Shown piece after piece: positions 54,808 through 64,000 of a stretch of DNA of 64,000 nucleotides. Source of the stretch: Octopus sinensis (Eukaryota); assembly GCF_006345805.1 (NCBI RefSeq), contig NC_043000.1:129890001-129954000 (forward strand), read 5' to 3'. The notes beneath the pieces are model-generated. The model searched no databases and was not told the origin of the DNA. It saw only the letters and a list, made by a program, of their open reading frames with translations. Within the stretch, counting starts at the first letter, position 1, and each line of letters starts with the position of its first letter. The position numbers were made by a program, and so were the translations under genes.

Positions 54808-54908
54808 GAAGAAGAAGAAGAAGAAGAAGAAGAAGAAGAAGAAGAAGAAGAAGAAGAAGAAGAAGAAGAAGAAGAACAACAACAACAACAACAACAACAA
54901 CAGCAACA
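54808..54908. repeat. (AAG)n/(AAC)n microsatellite
   Basis: Direct inspection. Confidence 0.97.
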
Positions 54909-55422
54909 ATGGTGCAAACTAAAGTAAATCGATCTATCTGCGAGGTTAACAGTGTATTTTGTTTCATTGTAAGATTTTCATTGTCTGCGATTTTAGCTGA
55001 AATTTTTGTTTCTTTCTTCCGGTTGTCATGACGGCGTGGATGTAAAGAATGGAGATGACTCGCCAATGGGACAACAGAATATTCTGTGTGTGTGTATGTG
55101 TGTGTGTGTGAAGAAAGTATGTGAAAAGGAAAAAAAACGATGGCGAATGAAAACGTGAAAATAAAAAAGAACGTGAATAATATTCAAATAGACATTTTCT
55201 GAGAATGTCAGAAACATAGGAGAATTGAGAAAGAGAGATACAGGGCCACAGAGAAAGAGATACAGAGAAGAGCATGAGATAAAGAAAGAAACATAGAAAA
55301 AGTGAGAGAGAAGTAAATAGCGATGTTTATGTAAAGGTGCAAATGAGAGAGAAACAGAGAGTAAAGCAGAGCTGAAGATAGATCCAAGAAAGAGAAGTAG
55401 AGTGAATATGCGAGCGTGCAAT

Positions 55423-55698
55423 ATACGAGAATGTATTATTAATCACAACAATTCTTTCGACACGTATAGCATTGATCCCTCACGGGCGGGACATTCAATA
55501 ACTGGTTCAGAAACATCCGGTGGTGCAGATGTGTTTCGTCGGGTGATAAATAGACACAACTCGTTAAAATAATAATTCTGTAATTCATATTCTCATTTCG
55601 TAGAAAGAAAAGTGGCAAAACGAAGGAAATATATTCATTTACATAGAAGATCAAAAATAAAATCACAGATGCAGGGAAGTAATGAACACACACTACAG
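55423..55698 (+). mobile_element. Mariner-like MITE copy, truncated, inverted relative to the 56533 copy
   Basis: The track's minus-strand ORF 55439-55693 and plus-strand ORF 56594-56821 are clearly homologous (DETHLH.RMFLNQLLNVP). The left end begins TATACGAG. Confidence 0.7.
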
Positions 55699-55699
55699 T

Positions 55700-56330
55700 A
55701 TGTTTGAACCAAGATCGCTGGAAAATTGTTTGCCGCTTTGGGCAAATGTTTTCCTAAATCTAATCGATATCATGCTAATTTTATGCATCTATATACCAAC
55801 AAAAGGGATGTACACCGCAATGAAAAACATCAATTACGGCCAAATTATAATAGTAGAAATGCTTATGATACAGCTAATACGGTAAACATATCGGGAAATG
55901 GATTCGGAAACAGACTTATATACAAATAAATATGATGAATGCTCATGCAGAGAAAAAGCAAAATGCCCATTGGTGAACCTCTGTATGAGTACGAATCTTG
56001 TATATAAATGTACAGTGCACACAAGGGATGGGCGTATGTTTACACTGGGCAGACGGCTGAATCATTATAGTAACCATGTTGCCAGTTTTAAGACAATCAA
56101 TAAGAGACATTCAACATCTTTGGCCGATTTTGTATAGCGACAGAAGGAGGATAAAATTAAGTACAGCATAACGTGGCCCATAGTAAGGCACGCGAAACTA
56201 TGCAATATCATTTCCAGAAGATGCCGTCTCTGCTCCAGTCCATTCTGTGGACTCATGAGAAGATCATTAATGGAATTTCTGAAAGACTCAAGATGCCTAC
56301 ACGCATATAAGTGTACTTTCGCAGAATGCA
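55700..56330 (+). pseudogene. Penelope-type GIY-YIG endonuclease fragment (frameshifted)
   Basis: CSCREKAKCPLVNLCMSTNLVYKCTV..NHVASFK..RHSTSLADFV..KYSITWPIV..RCRLC matches the PLE endonuclease pattern CxC-CPL-VY-H-SF-ST.L-W.I-C.LC. Confidence 0.8.
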
Positions 56331-56532
56331 TTGGGAATGTATTTGAGTAACTTTTAACATAATTTACTTTAAGGTATGGATGAATCAAGTTTACTTTTAA
56401 CCTCCCCATTTTTATAAACAACAAGATGCTATTTAACTCGCTTTATGATCATGTGTGCATCAAACCACATGTGTGCGTATGCTTACATTTTCGCGGATAC
56501 TTGTATGAGTGTACACACGCCATGCAGCTTGT

Positions 56533-56863
56533 GCGAGGGCGTTCATACATCCATATTTGTTAACGGTTATTTTTAATAGTTTTTCCCGCTGTATTGTGTG
56601 TTAATTTCTTTTCTGCATCTGTAATTTTATTTTTGATCATCGACGCAAATGAAGATATTTCCTTCGTTTTGTCGCTTTTCTTTCTACGAAATGAGGAAAT
56701 ACATCGGGGAACTATTACTGTAACAAGTTGTATCTATTTATCCCGCGATGAAACACATCTCCACCGCCGGATGTTTCTGAACCAGCTGTTGAATGTACCA
56801 GCCATGAGCGATCGATGTTAGACATGTCGAAGCAATTGTCTTGATTAACAATAAATTCTCGTA
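56533..56863 (-). mobile_element. Mariner-like MITE
   Basis: Ends (G)CGAGGGCGTTCA and ..TTCTCGTA resemble TACGAG-type mariner termini. It is homologous to 55423-55698. Confidence 0.65.
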
Positions 56864-57879
56864 TATTCCATCCTCTGTCTTTCATTTGCCATATACATAA
56901 CGATCACTGTGAAAGTGACCATGCTTTACCAGTAAGCTACGACGTGTAAACCATTCGGTTTATTATCCAATACAAACATACTAATATGTACACACAAACA
57001 CAGACAAACATAATTCTATGTTTGTTCTTTTACACTATTAAGCTCTCTGAACCAATGTTTACCTGAACAAAGATTCAAATATTCATTACTTTGATTCACG
57101 TCGAGATTTCGTTCGAAATGGCAGCCAATGAACATCCGTGTTGTACTTGCGAAATATTTACCGTGTAACTTCTGCTTGCGAGTTCCTTTCGCCTAAACAT
57201 GGCATACCACCATCGTTAAATAGTTAAATGCACATGGATTCCTTGATGTCATTTTATGAAGTTGTTTTAACACTTTTCCATATTTATCATAATGTCTAAT
57301 GTTGCAGTCGTAAAAATCCTAACCATTTTTTTTACTGTTTATGGAGAATTTTGCTGTCTTATTCATTAAATTGAACCGGTTGAAATATGTTGCGATGAGC
57401 AAAACATGTGTTCCTACATCCTGTATTAATAGTAAAGTCACTTTAAGACATAGTTTGAGTTATACAGAGTTATTTTTGCTTTAAGAAGAAAATAATGCAA
57501 AGCGATTTTCGTTCATTTTATTTGTCTGAGTCGTACCTTGATTCGTTTCAAACGTTGGTCAATAATAAGTGGTTTTGTGCTTGCGGTCAAGTATTTTGCG
57601 ATTATTACTGTCTATATGTCGAAGTTTGCCGATAACAAGAATTCGGTTTTCTGAAACTCGACCTGTCTTAAAAATAGAGAGTTGTTTTTCCACAAAAGAA
57701 AAAGTTATTTAGCAAAGAAATGTGCAAAAAGAAATGATAGATAAAATAGCTAGCTTGCTAGATAAGGTAGAAAGTGAGTAAGAGTATTAGCCGATAGAGT
57801 GGTACTCAGAAAGGTAAATCTAGCAGGAGCTAGAAACGGAGATTAGATAAGCAAATTGGATACAGCCAAATATTAGTAC

Positions 57880-57884
<5 letters not shown>

Positions 57885-57932
<48 letters not shown>
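57885..57932. repeat. (GA)n microsatellite
   Basis: Direct inspection. Confidence 0.97.
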
Positions 57933-57935
<3 letters not shown>

Positions 57936-59879
57936 GTTGGGAGTTTACGAGTAACTGGGAGGATGGGGAAAAGCTACAGAAAAGCGAATAGAATACATTT
58001 TTGATCTATAAGGAAAGAAAATATCAGAGGATGGTTTTTAGATAAATAGATAGATAGGCAAAGGCACAATAGGAGGAATAATTAGAAATGGAAAGATAAC
58101 ATTTAGCTGAGAGAGAGAGAGAGAGAGAGAGAAACAGAGAGAGAAAGTGAGGTATACAGAGTCAATGTAGTAGGAGAGAAAAAAGAGGGACATAGATAGA
58201 GAGAACTATACACTGTGACAAATATAGTACATAAGGACTAAAGGATACAAAAGACAATGAAATTGAAGAATTGGAACTAAAGATAAGAGAGAGAGAGCGG
58301 GGAGAGAGGGATATTGAAGTTGTTGAGGTCAAAATGCCACAAAATATATCGAGAAAATAGTTGTACCAGAATTAACGGTACAACATGAAAATGGCTTCCC
58401 TTTCAAAACATCAGCCATTTAGCTTATTTGGTTTCTCCTGTCCTTTACAGTTTCAGGTCAATCTCACCCTTCTTTCTCTCTCTGACCATCTACTTTACAA
58501 TCTTTCCGTAGCCACAAGCTCAATACCATTCCTTATCGCGTTTGATGTATCTCTATTTTTCTATCTTCCTCAGTCTTTCGTCTTACGTTTGCTTTTTCTT
58601 TCTTTCGTTCTTCATTGTTTAATCTTTCTTGTTCCTTTATTCGGATATTCTCCTTTCCTATGTATATTTAATCTATTTCTATCTCACTGTTTTACAATTT
58701 CGGTTATTTATTCCGTACACATCATACACAATCTTTGAACTTTTTATGCCCATTCCTACCTCTCTCACGTCTGTTTGCCTGTCTATTTACCTGCGAGTCT
58801 GTGTGTTTGTCTTTTACAATTCTCAATGATCTCGTCTCACCTTATCTATTTTCAATATACGTCTTTTTTCCATAACTTTATTCCAGCTATTTTGCTGGTT
58901 ATTAAACATTGTTATTATTGAAGGTACGCACAGTTCTCTCCTTGTGAGAGTTGAAAACAACTCATGGCGTGACGTCAAGACAAAAGACGGAATTTATGGG
59001 CATAATCTACCCATCATTACAAGTGTTGTTCAACACAGCGAATGTACTGAACATTTTGGCATAGTGGACGTTGTATTTTGAAGACTATCGCACTAGATGA
59101 AAGAGAGAACCAAAGTTAATGAGGGTCAAAGATTTCTAGAATGAGGCGGTGAAATGTTTCTCGGTCAGAGCCACCTGACGAAGAGGCACCCACATCATCT
59201 ATGAAAAATTATATAAAGCCGTGCACAGATATATAACAATTTATTATGTAGATACATACCAAATTCACTCACATTCAGTTGTAGAACATACACGAACACT
59301 CTTACATACACATAGACATAAGCGCATAGAAATGAGGAGTCGTACACGTCACACAGTTCGTGCTATAATACACACAGAGATATACTACAAACGCTTACAG
59401 CGCTTTAATTACCACCTGTAAATAGATATTCTTGACGCAATCTATATAAAAAGAGAACTTTAAAGAAAAGATAATACAATGCTAAGTTTGGAATACAATG
59501 CTTTTATTAAAATGATGGATTGTTGTCGTAACATTACATATTATACATAAGCACAATTATGCACAAACACAAAGACATACGCACAACACAACCAAATAAA
59601 ACAATCAGCAAGCACATTCGCTTATGCATATAAAACAATAAACAACAGTTAAAGAAACATCATGTAAACTAATCAAATTGATTTATTTATTCAAATATAC
59701 AGAATACGCATATAAAGTTCAGAGAGTAGTAACACTTACAGTAATTTATCTGCTCAAAACATAACATCTGAGGAACAGAAGTACACATATCAGTGTCAGC
59801 CAACAACTAACTCTAGACACAACTAAATACTGGCAAAATAAGCTATTGCTTAGATATAGCCACCGGATATTAGTTTCAG

Positions 59880-60068
59880 ATTTTGGCACAAGGCCAATAA
59901 TTCCGTGGGTAGTCGATCACATCGACCCCAGTGTTCAACTAGTACTTATTGCATCGACTTCAAGGGGATGAAAGGCAAAGTCGACCGTGGCGGAACTTGA
60001 ACGCAGAACGTAAGGACGAACGAAATACCGCTAACAATTTTATCCAGTGTGCTAACGATTCTGCCAGA
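59880..60068 (-). mobile_element. Monomeric SINE family B
   Basis: GGCACAAGGCC..ATCGACCCCAG..GATGAAAGGCAAAGTCGACC..GAAATACCGCTAA..TTCTGCCAG. Confidence 0.88.
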
Positions 60069-60908
60069 TATTATGATCAAGTCTGAATAATGTTGACAAA
60101 AGTTTTAATTGAAATAAAAAACTGGAAACTTGTAAGAATGCTCGGTCATTCCTGGAAGCGGATAGGATGGATGACAGAGTAGGTGAGGCATCGGGAAGCG
60201 AATGATTGTATGGTGTTAGGATTTGTCCGATTGGGGTAAAGCATTTCAGATTTCACTAGGTAACAAGTTTGCCCCACGATACAGATGCTCATAAATCTAT
60301 AGATTTCTTATTTACACTATATTTGCATCATCTTATTGCATTCTTAAGTTGGTATAAAGGGGGAGATAGTTAAAGAGCGAAGATTACATGTAACGAGGCT
60401 GGGAGACGTTAGTGCATATTGTTAGGCTGGCCTAAAGCACTAAACATACTAAACCCAGCCCTGTATCAATAGATTTCCTACTGATCTTATATAATTGCTG
60501 TTTTTTGTGTTTGATTTTATTTAAACCCATTTCGGACTGATAAAGCGCTAGTCTCAAACACGGAAACATAGCTATTGCTCTGTAATTTAGACAACGTTGG
60601 TAGATACAAACGCAAGTATGATAAAAAAATGTTTTTGTGTACACACACATGCAAACAAATACACAGGCACGCGCGCGAGAACACACACACACACACTTTG
60701 TTGACTTTGTAACCATTCGAGAAAAACGTGAAATACTTATGTTATGAAACAGTGAATCTCGAAGCGCATTACGCTCTAAATATAATATGTAAATATTGAG
60801 CAACCGTCGCCATTTTCTATCTAAAAGAGTTTTCAACCCAACGTTTATATGCTAGTATTTATAGCTTTATGTGTTTAAAGATTCATTATTACAATATGTG
60901 TGTGTGTG

Positions 60909-60943
<35 letters not shown>

Positions 60944-61151
60944 CGTGTGTGTATGTATGTATACAGTCTGAACAAAGTGGACAATCCGACACTTTGAACT
61001 CACTACCATCCTTATTCTTGTACAATTTTAATAAGCATGTGCTCTACTAAATATGTATTGAATAATCTTCCAGTTTAATGTGAACTAGATTTTATATTAT
61101 AACTTTACATAAAAGCAAACACTAGTGTATATATATATATATATATATATA

Positions 61152-61366
61152 TAAGGAGGTGCGGGAAATTTCCTGTGGGTAAAAGAAAATACAGGAGGAT
61201 CACTTAATTATGATTTTATTCAACATGTTCCCCTCTCAGATCCACACACTTATTGCAGCGGTCCTTCAGTTTTTCTCGACCCTGTAAAAGAACTTGGAAA
61301 TTTGGGACTCCAGTCGGGCCTTTCGCGATAGCCTTAAAGCCAGGAACTTTTCAGCACCCCCTCGTA
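61152..61366 (-). mobile_element. Mariner-derived MITE retaining the transposase C-terminus
   Basis: Imperfect TIRs TAAGGAGGTGCGGGAAATTTCCTG and CAGGAACTTTTCAGCACCCCCTCGTA. The minus strand encodes KLKDRCNKCVDLRGEHVE*, like the mariner KL..RW.KC...G.YVE end. Confidence 0.82.
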
Positions 61367-61370
61367 CGTG

Positions 61371-61371
<1 letters not shown>

Positions 61372-61450
<79 letters not shown>
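61372..61450. repeat. (TATC)n microsatellite
   Basis: Direct inspection. Confidence 0.97.
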
Positions 61451-61451
<1 letters not shown>

Positions 61452-63329
61452 GTGTGTATGTGTTATGCATGTGTGTATGTATATATGTTTGTATAAATGA
61501 TGTATGCATCAATGTGTGTATCTAGAAGTTGCATAGCCAAATGATTAAGATGTTCACTTCAAAAACACAAGACCCCGTGTTCGATCCTGTTGCAAAGTTT
61601 CTTTTAGTATAGTGTCCAGTTGACCAAACTTTTGTGAATGGAAATCGAGCAAGCGGAAACTGTGTGAATGCCCATGGGCAGGATTTTCCCCGTAATTCAA
61701 AGTTCTATCCTAGTACATGCTAATATGTAAAACTCACTGTACCCGTAGATCACGTTAAATTTAACGAGTGTGCAATATTCAGTCGCTTTGTATAAATGAA
61801 TCGGTATTTCCGTTGTTCGAACCAGATTAATGATCGTCAATACCGACGGAAATCCATTAGATTTTCTATTATTTTTATCTATGTACAGCAAATCCTGATG
61901 GCATATGACATTGAGTAAATGGAAATAATCATGAAACATCAATATAACGCTAGGCTAATAACGATGTGATTTTTTCATCTGATTAGTTGAAAAAGTTTTT
62001 TATCCAACAATTGATTTGAATGTTTACTCGACTTTTCCATTGACATTGACATTCATTCATTTGAAACTATAATTACAACATGCTTCCATGCTTTAACATT
62101 CATAAAGGAAACAATAAAACTATTAATTATCAATGTGGAATGTTTTAAAGAATATACTTTTGTATATGAAATCTAGGCATGGATATAAATCAATAAACCA
62201 AAACGTAATTATTAATCGGTATTTTTCTTCTTGGCTACGTCACGATATTCCAGAGCAGGCTTAGAATTAATACATAGAAATATATTTTTTTCAAATATTA
62301 TTTAAGGCCATAATAATATTATTTTCCTGTTATGTTATATGGCTTCTATCAATGTCTATAGATATACAGTAAGTCCTGTATGGTTTGTGATGTGCTATTA
62401 ATAAACGCAGCTGTTGTTCGTGTTAACATGAAAATTGTTATTTCGCCAGAATGTCTTTGTACCTTTTCCTATTTATTAAGTTCAACTTTAACCATGAATA
62501 TGAATGCACTGCGAGAAAACTCTATATTCTAACCAAATAAACGTACCTTCTTGGTTGTTTTCATAATAATAATAATAATAATAATAAAGATAGTGTGTGT
62601 AAGTATATAAGCATATGTGACTGTATGTGCGACTATATTTCTTTGTGTTTGTGTATTCAAAAAGCCATTATCCCCTCTGAAATAAAGTTAGAAAGCATCT
62701 AAATATACACAGACACATAGGATCGCGTGATAGAGTCTAATGAGAGATCCAGTTCAAAAGGTTTAAGTCCTTTAATTTCATGCCATTAACATCACGTAAT
62801 GTCAATTGTCCGTTCCATCCACTCTTAACTAATTGGCAATCACTAGTTGTCGGCTTACCAATATGAAGGCGTGCTTTCTTTCCTAAACCTCTTCAGCCGT
62901 TATTTCAACGAAGATTTCCTACATCAAAATTTTCTCGCTAAATCACAAGACATATTGGCTATTTAATAAGCCTTCTTCACAATACTTACATCCTTAAGCT
63001 ATGCAATCATCATTAATTAGTAAAGTTTACAATAAATAGGAATACTATATTCTCACTTAGTCAATATACTGCAGTTTTCAGAATTGAAATTTCGAAAGGG
63101 TCGATTAGACTCTACAGCTTCCTGAGCGATTTACATAAGAACACATTTTGTGTTGGCCGTGCATTCTAATGCATATGCAATTGTAAATTTGTATCGGGGT
63201 TAGAAATTCGTTCTATGCTTATCACAATCGCTTTTGCTTTACCTTATAATCAAATCTGGTCAATACCATAATGATGCTGCTGCTACAAAAGTAAAACTCG
63301 TTGATGATGATGTCCGAAGTCCTCGAATT

Positions 63330-63401
63330 GCGTAGGTGATGTAACGGTTAGCATAGTTACCTTCTAAACAGTCAATCCGGGTTCGACTCTCAGTCGACGC
63401 A
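63330..63401 (+). pseudogene. tRNA-Gly(TCC)-derived pseudogene, anticodon now reading TCT
   Basis: The 72-nt sequence GCGTAGGTGATGTAACGGTTAGCATAGTTACCTTCTAAACAGTCAATCCGGGTTCGACTCTCAGTCGACGCA is colinear with the canonical metazoan tRNA-Gly-TCC. The anticodon and T stems are mismatched, and a T-rich stretch follows. Confidence 0.8.
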
Positions 63402-63413
63402 TCTCTTTATTTT

Positions 63414-63576
63414 AGGTGTATGAGTGGCTGTGTAGTAAGTAGCTTGCTTACGAACCACATGGTTATGGGTTCAGTCCCACTACGTGACACCTTGGGCAAG
63501 CGTTTTCTACTATAGCCTCTGGCCGACCAAAGCCTTGTCAGTAGATTTGGTAGATGGAAACTGAAAGAAGCCCGTC

Positions 63577-63630
<54 letters not shown>

Positions 63631-63842
63631 ATATATATATATATGTCTGTGTTTGTCCCCCCCATTATCGCTTGATAACCGATGCTGGTGTGTTTACTTC
63701 CCTGTAACTTAGCGGTTCGGCAAGAGCGACCGATGGACTAAGTACTAGGCTTACAAAGAATAAGTCCTGGAGTCGATTTGTTCGACTAAAGGCGGTGCTC
63801 CAGCATGGCCACAATCAAATGACTGAAACGAGTAAAAGAATA
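63414..63842 (+). mobile_element. SINE family A, full length
   Basis: tRNA head, CCTTGGGCAAG, TA linker, and 3' module ending GACTGAAACGAGTAAAAGAA. Confidence 0.93.
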
Positions 63843-64000
63843 ACAGGGCCGGTTACCCCAGGTCCCGTCGCATATAAGTGACCGAAATCACAACCCCACC
63901 CCCTGAACAGGACGCTAGTCCAGCGCAGACATATTCATTTACAGCTGAGGGAACGGAAGAAATGTGAGATGAAATATTTTGCTAAATAATACAGTTCCCT

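Noticed and set aside
57060-57700. Possible mariner 5' region or transposase start on the minus strand
   Set aside because: The resemblance is only faint and there are many stops.

Overview
AT-rich eukaryotic non-coding DNA packed with microsatellites and retroposons. It is most likely an octopus (coleoid cephalopod) intron or intergenic region; that assignment is inferred from the repeat families and is not proven. I could not assemble a host gene, and most ORFs in the track are translations of microsatellites. Supportable features are: three tRNA-headed SINE families (many copies, several with target-site duplications); 3' fragments of CR1-, RTE- and R4/Dong-type LINEs; two Penelope-type GIY-YIG remnants; hAT and mariner-derived elements; a tRNA-Gly pseudogene; and a 50-bp minisatellite. 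The most notable pattern is a set of short foldback (inverted-repeat) elements together with about eight type I hammerhead-ribozyme-like motifs from several unrelated sequence families. These motifs have palindromic helix III, which points to Penelope-like pseudo-LTRs. One copy (43376-43436, minus strand) has a near-intact core. All alignments and folds were done by eye.
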